Source of the DNA: Polyangiaceae bacterium
GTDB lineage: Bacteria; Myxococcota_A; Polyangia; Polyangiales; Polyangiaceae
NCBI GenBank assembly: GCA_050287085.1
Contig: JBNKBE010000018.1
Location: 67,864 to 131,863 of the forward strand
DNA length: 64,000 bases
Direction: 5' to 3'
The notes under the pieces are model-generated. The model was not told the origin of the DNA. It was given only the letters and a program-made list of their open reading frames with translations, and made no database searches. The translations under genes and the position numbers were made by a program. Positions 1 through 10,003 of this stretch are shown in pieces (position 1 is the stretch's first letter; each line of letters starts with the position of its first letter).

Positions 1-404
1 GTCAACGTGATGATCGGCAGCTCCAGTTCCTTCAAGACACGGACCAATTCGCTCACCGAAGAACCGGTCCCGCCGCCGAGTCCAGCGGTGAGAATGACGA
101 CGTCTGCCCCTTCGGAATGAGCTGCTACGGCGGTGCGAATACGCTCCGCGTTCTCGTGAATGCATTCTCGTCCGTAGTTCAGATCCGCGCCAGCGCCGTC
201 GTACCCATCGATGCCGACATACATGCGCTGTTCAGCGGGGAGCGAGGTTGAGCTGTTGCCAGGACCCAGCGCGGACAGGTCGGTGTGAGCAGTGTTGAGC
301 GCAATGGCGCGATAGCCTAGCCGCGCGAACTCAGCTGCCAAGTTGCCACCAGCTTGCCCAAGTCCAACTACTACCAAATCCAACGCGCGGTCTGCGGGCT
401 TCAT
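1..404 (-). CDS. Tubulin/FtsZ-superfamily GTPase, CetZ/TubZ-like (N-terminal 134 codons only; runs off the window edge)
   Basis: Manual translation from ATG 404, with SD GGAGGT at 410-415: MKPADRALDLVVVGLGQAGGNLAAEFARLGYRAIALNTAHTDL...GAGADLNYG...TAGLGGGTGSS. Contains the T1, T3 and T4 (GGGTGS) loops of the family. Confidence 0.9.
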   Translation of the reverse strand, partial: MKPADRALDLVVVGLGQAGGNLAAEFARLGYRAIALNTAHTDLSALGPGNSSTSLPAEQRMYVGIDGYDGAGADLNYGRECIHENAERIRTAVAAHSEGADVVILTAGLGGGTGSSVSELVRVLKELELPIITL

Positions 405-661
405 TCACTACCTCCAAAGACGTCTAGCACCCGGTCGTTATATCCGCTTCTCGATCAGAATCGACCCCCAACGTCAGGGCGTTGGCACTTTTGAGCCCAG
501 GCCTAACACCGGTTCAGTAACGGCCCACCTGCACCCACCCAGCCATGAATGAGCCGATTCCTCGGGTCCCGGTCCGGCGACACGCCCGATAGCCCCGACA
601 CCCGACTCAAATCGAAACGGGTGTCATACGCCGACCCCGCGAACTGCCCGGCTTGCCGTCC

Positions 662-1456
662 TCAGCCGCCGAAGTAAAGCTCGACGCCCAACATCACGTC
701 GACCGCATCAACGCCATTCTGAATATCGAGCGAGCGAACGCGAGCATATAGGTCAGCGCGCCGCTCGAGCGTATAGCCCACGAAACCGCCCAGCGGCATC
801 GCGAAGCCGGACGACTCTTCGAAGATCCGGTGAAAGCGGAGTCCGAGCTCAGGTCCTGCGTAGACCTGAGGAGTGATCTGCACGGGAAGATACGCCGGCA
901 GGTACACGCTCAAAGCCGATCCGCTGTCGCCCAACTCGAGGTCCACAAAACCGCCCACGTCGAGGCGAACGTCATCCGCCAGCCGGAGCAGAAACGGAGC
1001 CCCCAAAGTGACAACAGATAACCCTTCCCCTCGGAAGCGAGGCTCAAGCTGAGCGAAGATCCCGTAGGCGGTAGAGCCGCTCTGCACCTGGTACAGCCCG
1101 TAGACCCTGGGATTCTCGAGCTGGAGTTGGGGCGAGAGCATGACCGGCACCACGCCTCCCAGCTCAAACTCACCGCCGATTCCGATCGAGAATCCGGGAT
1201 TGAGCACGTGAAAGTCGCTCCCCAACGAATGCTTGTACTGAGCGTCGTGGTCCGGCCAGCGCGGCCCCCCATCAAAACGCATGACGCCATCAGGCAATAC
1301 CAGAGGTCGGCTCAAATAGTCGGCGCCAATGCCGGACACCTGGGCTAGTGCTCTTTCGGCGTGAAGGCTGACGAGCCCAACCATACCCCACAAGGCCGCG
1401 GCCACAGCACGAGCCCCCGGACGCCAGCGCAAAGACCCTTGAGGCGACAACACCAT
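662..1456 (-). CDS. Secreted protein, probable outer-membrane beta-barrel
   Basis: Signal-peptide-like N-terminus (...AERALA/Q), alternating Gly/aromatic beta strands, C-terminal LGVELYFGG. Start moved from 1630 to ATG 1456 to remove the overlap with uvrA. Confidence 0.6.
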   Translation of the reverse strand: MVLSPQGSLRWRPGARAVAAALWGMVGLVSLHAERALAQVSGIGADYLSRPLVLPDGVMRFDGGPRWPDHDAQYKHSLGSDFHVLNPGFSIGIGGEFELGGVVPVMLSPQLQLENPRVYGLYQVQSGSTAYGIFAQLEPRFRGEGLSVVTLGAPFLLRLADDVRLDVGGFVDLELGDSGSALSVYLPAYLPVQITPQVYAGPELGLRFHRIFEESSGFAMPLGGFVGYTLERRADLYARVRSLDIQNGVDAVDVMLGVELYFGG

Positions 1457-1551
1457 AGCCCGGAGCTTACACCGCCTGCCAGCGACGTCCAGCTCTGCTG
1501 CGGAGCGAAGCGCATCTGAGCGCAGTCCGTCCAGCCGAGCCCAACGCCTTC

Positions 1552-4500
1552 TCAGCGTATTGGTACCTGGTGCAAGAATGCCTTCAATACGCGACCGGTG
1601 GCAGTAGTGCGACGAGCCACCCGTGCACATGACCCCTCAGCCACAACCTGCCCGCCCTGCTCACCCGCTTCTGGTCCGAGCTCGAGAATGTAGTCGGCGC
1701 TAGCGATAACCAATGGGTGATGTTCTATCACCACCACCGTGTCCCCGCGGGCCACCAGTTGATCCAGAACAACAAGCAAACGAGCCACGTCGGCCTGGTG
1801 CAGTCCGGTCGTCGGCTCGTCAAGTACGTACAGTGTGGGTTCGTGGCGGCTGCCAGCGCTCAGCTCGTGGGCCAACTTGAGACGCTGAGCTTCGCCGCCA
1901 CTCAAAGTATGCGACCCTTGGCCTAGTTGAACATAGCCGGTTCCGAGCGCGCTGAGCGTGGCGAGCGGACGCGTTATCTTCGGATGGCTCTCGAAGAGGT
2001 CCAGCGCTTCGTCCGCACTCAGGGCAAGAACATCCCCTACGGAAAAGCCTCGGAAGCGAGGCGTCAACGTCCTTGGTTCGAAGCGTCGCCCAGAGCATAC
2101 CGGACAGGGCTGAATGGCGTCCGGGAGAAAACTCATCTCGTGGGTGATTACGCCCTGACCCTGGCATTCTTCGCAGCGGCCCCCTTTGCTATTGAAGGAG
2201 AAGCGCGCAGCGCCAAAGCCTGCCGCTCGCGATTCCGGCAAGTTCGCGAATAACTGACGAACCACATCCCAGATCCCCAAGAACGTTGCCGGAACCGAAC
2301 GCGGACTACGGCCAATCGGGGCTTGGTCGACGCTGAGCGCCCGCCGCAGCTCGTGGCAGTCTCCGAGGCGCTGATAACAACCGGGCTCAGGGGTCACTAG
2401 CCCCAGCTTCTGCCGCACTGCAGGCAAGAGCACGCGATTGATAAGCGTGCTCTTGCCTGAACCGCTTACGCCGCACACGACGGTCAGGCGCTGAAGTGGA
2501 ATGCTCACATCAACGTCTTTGAGGTTGTTTTCGCTCACTCCGAACAATTCGAGGCGCGGATGCCCCTTGGGCAGCGGAAGCCCGTGTCGAGGAGTCGGAG
2601 GTTCCCGCAGGCACGCGGCCGTGGGGGAGGCTTCGACGGCCAACACCACCTCGGGCGCGCCGCACGCAACCACTTCGCCCCCCATTCTTCCACCTGTCGG
2701 CCCCATGTCGATGAGATGATGCGCCGCTTGAATGACGTCTAGATCATGCTCGACGACAACTACGGTTGAACCGAGCGCCACGAGAGCACGCAGATTGTCA
2801 ATCAGTCGCGCGGTGTCACGCGGATGAAGTCCGATGGTGGGTTCATCGAGCACGTACAGCGCCCCTGTCAGGCCAGCCCCGAGCTGCGCGGCAAGCCGCA
2901 GACGCTGCAGCTCGCCCCCGGATAGAGTGCGGGCGCTACGAGCCAAGGTCAGGTATCCAAGTCCGACGCGCTCCAAGAACGACAGCCGCCGCTGGAGCTC
3001 GTCGACGATGGGCGTGCTGACTTTGCTGTGCCGGGGTTCGAAGCGAAGACGCGCGACCCACTCACCGACCCGCGTCACGCTCATCTGCATGACCGCGTCA
3101 TAGCCTATTCCATCCAACCGCACGGCCGCCGGTATTGGGTGAAGACGCGCCCCTAAACAGGCTGGACACGGCGTTCGCTTCTCCTCCTGCTTTCCGCGCC
3201 CAACGCGCGTCACTTCTATCAGCTCCCCACTGCCTTTGCATCGCGGACACTGGCCTTGAACCGTATTGAACGAAAACCATCGCGGGTCGAGCACCGGCGC
3301 AGCGAAGCCACACTCCGGGCAACCGCTGGACGTAGCCAAACGCCGCGTTTCACCGTGCGTGGGTTGTACCAGCAGCGTACCCTTGCCCCACTCCAACGCA
3401 CAGCGCAACGCGGACTCGCTCAGCTCGCGAAATGGAATCTCCTCCGCAACGATGAGATGAATAGAGTGCTCTCGAGTCCGCGCCAGGCGCGGCGGCTGGT
3501 CCGTTTCCACGCGCTCGCCATCGACGATCGCTTCGGTAATACCGGCGCGCGACGCCGCGTTGAAGACGTCCAAGTACGTTCCCTTGCGGCCTTCCACTAC
3601 CGGTGCTAGCAGCAATCCCTTACCGCGCACCTCGCGCACTCGTTCGAACAAGGCTTCGGACGTCCCGGCGTATAGCGGCAAGCCATGAGTCGGACAATGC
3701 GGTGTTCCCAACTTGGCAAAGAGCAGCCGTAGATAGTGAGCTAGCTCGGTAACGGTCGCGACCGTTGAACTGGCCCCGCCCCGCGACAGACGCTGTTCGA
3801 GCGCGATGGCCGGTGGAACTCCCGACAGGGCGTCAACATCGGGCTTCGGAAGCGTTGGCAAAAAGCGGCGCGCATAGGGGCTTAGCGTTTCGAGAAAGCG
3901 CCGTTGGCCCTCGGCGAACAGCACATCAAAGATGAGACTGCTCTTTCCGGACCCGCTTGGCCCAGTGACAACGGTTAGCGCCTGATGTGGAATGCTGACG
4001 CTCACCTGCTTCAGATTGTGCTCGCGAGCATGCGTGATCTGAATGGCAGCAGCTTCGACTCGGGTCACAGCGGGTGCGGCGACGGGTAGCTCGAGGGCTG
4101 CCAGCGACGCCTTCAGCGCAAGACCTGTCTTGCTGTTGCTCGTCGCGATCGCTTCGGGCGGTCCAGCCGCACACAGTCGCCCTCCGTCGACGCCCGCGCC
4201 TGGGCCAAGTTCAATGATCCAGTCGGCTCCTGCGAGCAGTCGCAAGTCGTGTTCAACGACCAGCACGCTGCCGCCCCCCGTCACCACAGCTTCGAACGCG
4301 TGTCTCACGTGTTCCACCTCGTCTGCGTGCAGACCGGCGCTCGGTTCATCCACGACAAATAGCGTCCCTTTGAGCCGCTCCGAAAGCGCCCGCGCCAATT
4401 TCAGACGCTGCGCCTCACCGCCTGAAAGCGTAGAGAGCGGCTGTCCTAAGGGCAAATAGCCGAGACCTAGCCGAACCAATGGCATCAGGCCGCGCAGCAC

Positions 4501-6849
4501 CGCCGGCGTATCTGCAAATCGTTCACACGCTTCTTCGACGGTCGCCTCCAACAAGCTCCCCACCGTAAAGCCGCGACAGTTCACGCGGAGGACTTCTTCT
4601 TTGAAGCGCGCTCCGCGGCAAACTGGACACAGCAAGCTCACGTCGGCGAGAAACTGCATCTCCACCGTCTCGTAGCCTTCGCCGGAACATGCGTCGCAGC
4701 GGCCGCCAGCTACGTTGAAGGAAAAATGGGAAGCCCCAAGCCCCGATTGAGCGGCCGCCGGCTGAACTGCAAACAACTTCCGGAAGGTGTCCCACACCTT
4801 GGTATAGGTAGCGGCATTGCCGCGAGAAGTGCGACCCAGGGGCGACTGGTCGATCAGAACTACCTTCTTGACAGCCTCGGCTCCGCTGAGAGCGACTACC
4901 GCGCCCGGTCTGGCGACCCCCACGACCCGAAGGCGACGCGCGATACTTCGGTAAACAATGTCCTCCGCCAACGTGCTCTTGCCGGAACCGCTAGGACCAG
5001 ACAGCGCGCAGAAGACGCCTAGCGGAATGTCGACGTCTACCGACAAGAGATTGTGTTCGCTTGCCCCAACAACTCGCAGCCAGGCGGTGGGCTCGCGAAC
5101 GCCCTTGCGTAAACTCACTGGAGCAAGGGCTCGCGCCGTCGCTCCCGAGCGTTGGACGGCGCCCGCAAGCGATCCGTCGAACGTCACTGTGCCGCCTCCA
5201 GGCCCCGCGCCCGGCCCCAGCTCGATGACGCGGTCCGCACAACGGATGAGGTCCGCGTCGTGCTCGACTAGCACGACTGAATTGCCGCGCTGCGCCAAAG
5301 ACCGAATGCAACTCCGGAGCCGACCCACGTCGCTGGCGTGAAGCCCTACGCTCGGCTCATCGAGAACAAATAGCGCGTTGTGCAGCGAGGTCCCCAGCGC
5401 CGCCGTGAGGGTCACTCGCTGAGCTTCCCCGCCGGAAAGGGTGCGCGCCTGGCGGTCGAGACTCAGATATCCCAATCCGACGTCCGTCAGATACCTCAAA
5501 CGGTCGGCGATCTGACCGGCAAGCAGCGCGCCTTGTGCCGTCTGAGTCTGGAGTGCTGCTACTCGCTTTCCCAACGGCTCGACGCCGAGCTGATACCAAT
5601 CGACAATGCTGAGTCCGCCTACGCGGTAGTGAAGGGACGATGGCTTCAGACGAGCCCCTGCGCATTTCGGACAAGGATCGTAGGACCGATAGCGCGCGAG
5701 CAGAACGCGGACGTGCATCTTGTAGCTCTTCGTGTTGAGCCAACGAAACCATCCCAACAGTCCCCCGTAGGCCCGAGGTGACCAATGCCCGTCACCCTCG
5801 AGAATCAGCCGTACCTGCTCGTCCGTGAGTTCCCGAAAAGGTACATCCAGCGCAATGCCCTGACGCGCACACAGCAAGCGCAGCTGCTTGCGCTCGTGGG
5901 TCGTGGACTTCCCCGTCCAGGGTCGAATAGCTCCCCCCTTCAAGGTCTTGAATGGATCGGGCACCACGCGGTCCAAGTCCACCCCCATGATGCGACCAAA
6001 CCCGCGGCAAAGCTCGCACGCCCCGACCGGCGAGTTGAATGAGAAAAAGGCCAATTCCGGTTCCGGAAAACGCCGTTCGCACTCCGGGCACTGATAGCCT
6101 TCGACAACCACTTCGCTCTCCTCGCTCCGGCCATCGGCGTCGAAAACCCGGAGTGAGAGTTCGCCCCCACTCAGCCGCAAGGCGGTCTCCACGCTCTCGT
6201 GCAGGCGTGCTCTTTCCTGAGCGCCCACGACCAGGCGGTCGACGATGCTCTCGACCGAACTGGCAGCCACGGCCTGCGAGGGAGTGACATCATCGATGTC
6301 TTGAATACCGTCGAGCCAGAGCCGCCGATATCCCGCCTGCTGGAGACCATCGCGCACTGTCAGATAGTGCTCGGCGTTTCGAAGTCGCAGCCGATAGCCG
6401 AGCAGGATCCGCCTGCCAGTGAAGCGATCGATCAATCGCTCCGTCAGCGCAGCGGGTCCACCTCGCACCGCATTCACTCCATGTTCTGGACAATGCGGGA
6501 CTGACTCGCGTGCGAAAAGCCCAGCAATGAGCGGTTCGAGGTCCGTCATGGTCCCCACGGTCGAACGCGAGCTCTTCGCGGGGCTGGCGCGGTCAACCGC
6601 TACCCCCGCGGGAACCGGCTCGAGACTGTCCACCGGGGGACGCTCCAAGCGCTCCAAGAACTGGCGCGCATAGGGGCTGAAGCTTTCGACGAAACGACGC
6701 TGACCCTCGGCATAGAGGGTATCGAGGGCAACGCTGCTCTTGCCGGCACCCGAAACCCCCGTCAGCGCGACCACTTCGGCAGGGCGAAGCGACAAATCGA
6801 CACCGCGCAGGTTGTGAATCCGCGCACCGCGCAACTCAAGGGGAAGCAT
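1552..6849 (-). CDS. uvrA: Excinuclease ABC subunit A, double-length (tandem UvrA, four ABC ATPase domains), 1765 aa
   Basis: GARIHNL start; four Walker A motifs (GVSGAGKS, GPSGSGKS twice, GVSGSGKS); four LSGGE signatures; CxxC zinc fingers; AEGQRRF motif present twice. Confidence 0.95.
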   Translation of the reverse strand: MLPLELRGARIHNLRGVDLSLRPAEVVALTGVSGAGKSSVALDTLYAEGQRRFVESFSPYARQFLERLERPPVDSLEPVPAGVAVDRASPAKSSRSTVGTMTDLEPLIAGLFARESVPHCPEHGVNAVRGGPAALTERLIDRFTGRRILLGYRLRLRNAEHYLTVRDGLQQAGYRRLWLDGIQDIDDVTPSQAVAASSVESIVDRLVVGAQERARLHESVETALRLSGGELSLRVFDADGRSEESEVVVEGYQCPECERRFPEPELAFFSFNSPVGACELCRGFGRIMGVDLDRVVPDPFKTLKGGAIRPWTGKSTTHERKQLRLLCARQGIALDVPFRELTDEQVRLILEGDGHWSPRAYGGLLGWFRWLNTKSYKMHVRVLLARYRSYDPCPKCAGARLKPSSLHYRVGGLSIVDWYQLGVEPLGKRVAALQTQTAQGALLAGQIADRLRYLTDVGLGYLSLDRQARTLSGGEAQRVTLTAALGTSLHNALFVLDEPSVGLHASDVGRLRSCIRSLAQRGNSVVLVEHDADLIRCADRVIELGPGAGPGGGTVTFDGSLAGAVQRSGATARALAPVSLRKGVREPTAWLRVVGASEHNLLSVDVDIPLGVFCALSGPSGSGKSTLAEDIVYRSIARRLRVVGVARPGAVVALSGAEAVKKVVLIDQSPLGRTSRGNAATYTKVWDTFRKLFAVQPAAAQSGLGASHFSFNVAGGRCDACSGEGYETVEMQFLADVSLLCPVCRGARFKEEVLRVNCRGFTVGSLLEATVEEACERFADTPAVLRGLMPLVRLGLGYLPLGQPLSTLSGGEAQRLKLARALSERLKGTLFVVDEPSAGLHADEVEHVRHAFEAVVTGGGSVLVVEHDLRLLAGADWIIELGPGAGVDGGRLCAAGPPEAIATSNSKTGLALKASLAALELPVAAPAVTRVEAAAIQITHAREHNLKQVSVSIPHQALTVVTGPSGSGKSSLIFDVLFAEGQRRFLETLSPYARRFLPTLPKPDVDALSGVPPAIALEQRLSRGGASSTVATVTELAHYLRLLFAKLGTPHCPTHGLPLYAGTSEALFERVREVRGKGLLLAPVVEGRKGTYLDVFNAASRAGITEAIVDGERVETDQPPRLARTREHSIHLIVAEEIPFRELSESALRCALEWGKGTLLVQPTHGETRRLATSSGCPECGFAAPVLDPRWFSFNTVQGQCPRCKGSGELIEVTRVGRGKQEEKRTPCPACLGARLHPIPAAVRLDGIGYDAVMQMSVTRVGEWVARLRFEPRHSKVSTPIVDELQRRLSFLERVGLGYLTLARSARTLSGGELQRLRLAAQLGAGLTGALYVLDEPTIGLHPRDTARLIDNLRALVALGSTVVVVEHDLDVIQAAHHLIDMGPTGGRMGGEVVACGAPEVVLAVEASPTAACLREPPTPRHGLPLPKGHPRLELFGVSENNLKDVDVSIPLQRLTVVCGVSGSGKSTLINRVLLPAVRQKLGLVTPEPGCYQRLGDCHELRRALSVDQAPIGRSPRSVPATFLGIWDVVRQLFANLPESRAAGFGAARFSFNSKGGRCEECQGQGVITHEMSFLPDAIQPCPVCSGRRFEPRTLTPRFRGFSVGDVLALSADEALDLFESHPKITRPLATLSALGTGYVQLGQGSHTLSGGEAQRLKLAHELSAGSRHEPTLYVLDEPTTGLHQADVARLLVVLDQLVARGDTVVVIEHHPLVIASADYILELGPEAGEQGGQVVAEGSCARVARRTTATGRVLKAFLHQVPIR

Positions 6850-6971
6850 GGGCTCACGTTACCCTGGGCTTCAGCGCCCGCGCAGCGTCAATCCACACTC
6901 GACAGCCGCCATTCATCCGAACGGCACAGTCCCCTTGCGTTTGTGCCCCGAGACGACGTAAGGACGGTGCC

Positions 6972-7472
6972 ATGGCCGGCAAGGCGAACAAAGGCAAGAA
7001 GCAGGTCGACTACACAGACCGACTGGTTGCCCGCAATCGCCGGGCCAGTTTCGACTACGAGTTGGGTGACTCCTACGAGGCCGGCATGGTGTTGATCGGC
7101 AGCGAGGTGCGAGCCTTGCGCGAGCACACAGCGGATCTGACCGATGCCTGGATAGAAATCCGTTCGGGCGAAGCCTTTGTTAAGGGACTGCGCATTCCGG
7201 CACTCAAGCATGCCGCCTTTGGTCACAGTGAGAAACGCGAGCGCAAGCTACTGCTCCACCAGCACCAGATAGAAGAACTGCGCGCTGCACAAGAGCGAGA
7301 TCGGATGGCGCTGGTTGCGACCAAGCTGTACTTCAAGGGAGGCCGCGCGAAACTCGAAATCGCCGTCGCAAAAGGCAAGAAGCAACATGACAAGCGCAAC
7401 ACCCTGCGCGAAAGAGACGCCGCCAAGGAAGCTCGGGAGGCTATCCGCAAGGGCAAAGCCAACTACAGCTAG
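6972..7472 (+). CDS. smpB: SsrA-binding protein SmpB
   Basis: NRRASFDY, EAGMVLIGSEV, RERKLLLH and GKKQHDKR motifs. Confidence 0.97.
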   Translation: MAGKANKGKKQVDYTDRLVARNRRASFDYELGDSYEAGMVLIGSEVRALREHTADLTDAWIEIRSGEAFVKGLRIPALKHAAFGHSEKRERKLLLHQHQIEELRAAQERDRMALVATKLYFKGGRAKLEIAVAKGKKQHDKRNTLRERDAAKEAREAIRKGKANYS

Positions 7473-7521
7473 CGGAGAGTTCGAAGCGCCGGCGCCGCCT
7501 TATCCACCGAAGACCTAGACA

Positions 7522-7809
7522 ATGAGCATAGCCAGTCCTGTCACTCGTGTTACTTGGACCCGCGGAGGTACCGCCGTATTGCAGCGTACCGATGGCCACT
7601 ACGCCACCTGGCTGTCCACCGCCGCAGCGCCTCCCGGGACGCCACTCTCCGGAACGAGCGACCAAGGATTGCTCTTACAGCTCAAGGTGCGCTCCTGCCG
7701 TCGCATTTCCGAGGAGCCCGCGCAATATGCGATCGAAGGACGCTTCTTCAATCTCCAAAGGGCGGAGCGCGAAAGTCTCGTATCCACCGAAGAGGTCACC
7801 GCGCTCTAG
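7522..7809 (+). CDS. Small hypothetical protein, weakly PilZ-like beta fold
   Basis: 95-aa ORF filling the gap after smpB; PPGTPL...LKVRSCRR...IEGRFFNL pattern. Confidence 0.5.
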   Translation: MSIASPVTRVTWTRGGTAVLQRTDGHYATWLSTAAAPPGTPLSGTSDQGLLLQLKVRSCRRISEEPAQYAIEGRFFNLQRAERESLVSTEEVTAL

Positions 7810-7836
7810 GACACTTTCTGGAGTCTGAATACGCCG

Positions 7837-8892
7837 TCAAAGCGCACTCAAATTCATTCGGAGGCCGAGTTCCGCACCGGCAAAGGTCCAACCCAGGCGA
7901 GGCGCTGCAGGCACGTCGGCGACGGGCACGTCTCGCAGCAGCACTCCTCCCTTCAGACCGCAGCTGAGGTCCAACCAGGATGATACGCGCAGGCCGTAGT
8001 GTCCGGTAAGGGCTACGCGTGGGACGATTTCGCGGGTGGTCCGCTGCGTGAGCAGTTCGCTGCCTGTGCGCCCAAATGTCACCACGCCTACGGCGGCTTC
8101 CATCCCAGTGTCCAGGCGGTGTCTGCGCCAGGTGAAGGCGCGAGTGGTGGTAAGCAGAAGGTCCTGGCTCTGGAGCCATCCCACATATTTCGAATTCGGG
8201 ATTGCGCCCGCGTGAACACCTACCCCCAGCCCCACGAACACAACGCGATCAAAAGCAAGCCCGCCACTCACCGCACCGCCCAGCAGCCACGCGCCACGTC
8301 CAAGCTGATGTGCCTGCAAGTCCGAATGGGTCTCCCAAGCTGCGAAGATGGGAACACCTCGCTGCTGTTCGCTTCGCCTGCGAGCCTGGGCCTGCAGTTT
8401 GGCCACAGCCCGCGCCTGTCGCTCACGGCGGCGCGCCAAATGCCGCAGCAGTTCGGCCGAAACCAAGGCGATACGACGCGCCAAGACGCGCTGCGAGCTG
8501 CTGCCGCTCACCGTGCGCCGTCCCTCAAATACCCCGCGGTGCCACAACTCCACCTCCAAGTCCGCGCCTGCTCCAGTGGCGAGCACTCGCACATAAGCGG
8601 GCGTGGTACGCAGTGAGGAACCGCGTAGCGCAGGTGGAGGCACGCTGATTTCTGCAAGCTCCAGCGCAATGAGACGCGCTACCAAGCGGCGCTCCACCAT
8701 CTCCGAGGGCCCTTCCCCGATCTCTACCGCAACGGACGAGGCATCCCCAGCCGCGTGGGCGCCCGGCGCCAGACTAGCGAGCGCTAGGCTCAACGCCAGG
8801 AGCAGAAGCGCTCGAACCCGCTGGTCTAGATTCACCGGACGGCTCGATGACACCCTTGTCGATCGCTTCGTCATCGTGTGGGCTTCCGGCAT
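7837..8892 (-). CDS. Secreted hypothetical protein, third gene of the ECF cassette (true start may be near 8835)
   Basis: Signal peptide (RVRALLLLALSLALASLAPGAHA); beta-rich C-terminal half. Confidence 0.65.
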   Translation of the reverse strand: MPEAHTMTKRSTRVSSSRPVNLDQRVRALLLLALSLALASLAPGAHAAGDASSVAVEIGEGPSEMVERRLVARLIALELAEISVPPPALRGSSLRTTPAYVRVLATGAGADLEVELWHRGVFEGRRTVSGSSSQRVLARRIALVSAELLRHLARRRERQARAVAKLQAQARRRSEQQRGVPIFAAWETHSDLQAHQLGRGAWLLGGAVSGGLAFDRVVFVGLGVGVHAGAIPNSKYVGWLQSQDLLLTTTRAFTWRRHRLDTGMEAAVGVVTFGRTGSELLTQRTTREIVPRVALTGHYGLRVSSWLDLSCGLKGGVLLRDVPVADVPAAPRLGWTFAGAELGLRMNLSAL

Positions 8893-10003
8893 CCGCGTCG
8901 CTGGTTCCCGTTGCAGACAGCCTGCTCAAGAGCAACTCGACCTCGTCAGCACCCTCGCTATTGGGGAACGACGCCTCATACTGCCTGGCGAGTTCATACG
9001 CCAGCGCCACATCGCGACGCGAAACCGCAACCCGCACCTGACGCAATAACGCATCGGCCGCAAAGTCACCCTCAGGTGAAAGTCGACGATAAATGGCAAA
9101 CGCCTGCTCAGCACCCACCGCATCACCGGATTTTTCGAGCAAGTTGGCAAGGCTCCACGCGGCCAAAGGGGCGACCGGATCTGTCGCGAAGACCCCAAGC
9201 ACCCGCCTCAGCGCGGCCGCCGCACGCTCTGGCTGCCCGGTGGCACGAGCCACATCCGCAAGCAACATCAGTTGCTCCGCCGATGCTTTGGCCAGACCAA
9301 ACTCGTAGCCCCCGAGTTCCGCCAGCGCCATCATCGCAGCTTGATACTCACCTCGGTTGGCCATGTGCTGCCACTCCGGCACCTCGACAACGGCCGCGCT
9401 CGGTTCGTTTCTCTGCTCGCCCCCCGATTCCGCCTCGAACTCCGGAACCGTCACCCCCTTCTCCTCTGTGTGGGGCTGCGGCACAGCGGTTGGAAGCGCG
9501 CTCGCGCGTGGGACTCGCCTCGACGTGAGCCCTTGGGGCCGCTCCGCCGGAACCACAGGTGATACGACACGCGCCCTCGCGCTTCGTTTGCCACGCTCAC
9601 CCGCCGACGTCGCGCGCTCTTCCCGACCGAAGCGGTCGGCTCGCCCCACATCTCCACCCGACAAGGACCGCGGCAAAAGAGTTTCGTCCGCCATTCTACG
9701 AGCCACAAACGCCGGCTCAGGAGCCACGGCCAAGGGCTCGGGCGTCAAACGCCTTCCTACTGAAATGCCGGCCACGAATATCCCACACGCGACCGCACCC
9801 CGCACCAACAAGGGCCCCCACGCTCCCGCGCCCGAGCGCCCGCCCGCCTGCGGCAAGTGCCCCTCCAGGCGGCGCCAAATGCGAGCCTTCGCGTCCTCAG
9901 ACAACACCTGCGCAGAATGCACGACGCTCTCTTTGGGGACGGCGCTCTGGTTCCGTACGCCGCGACCAAATCCGCCGTCGCGAGTTGGATCCAATCGCTC
10001 CAT
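8774..10003 (-). CDS. Putative membrane anti-sigma factor with C-terminal TPR-like repeats
   Basis: ATG overlaps the sigma stop (TGATG at 10001-10005); one TM segment (GAVACGIFVAGISVG), Pro/Arg-rich linker, TPR-like helices ending YEASFPNS. Confidence 0.7.
   Translation of the reverse strand: MERLDPTRDGGFGRGVRNQSAVPKESVVHSAQVLSEDAKARIWRRLEGHLPQAGGRSGAGAWGPLLVRGAVACGIFVAGISVGRRLTPEPLAVAPEPAFVARRMADETLLPRSLSGGDVGRADRFGREERATSAGERGKRSARARVVSPVVPAERPQGLTSRRVPRASALPTAVPQPHTEEKGVTVPEFEAESGGEQRNEPSAAVVEVPEWQHMANRGEYQAAMMALAELGGYEFGLAKASAEQLMLLADVARATGQPERAAAALRRVLGVFATDPVAPLAAWSLANLLEKSGDAVGAEQAFAIYRRLSPEGDFAADALLRQVRVAVSRRDVALAYELARQYEASFPNSEGADEVELLLSRLSATGTSDADAGSPHDDEAIDKGVIEPSGESRPAGSSASAPGVEPSAR

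Noticed and set aside
1..404. Calling the edge gene ftsZ
   Set aside because: It has GQAGG and NTA instead of the FtsZ GGGG and NTD motifs, and no ftsA lies upstream.
6850..7836. tmRNA (ssrA) next to smpB
   Set aside because: No GGGG 5' end or TTCGA...CCACCA 3' end, and no room for it.
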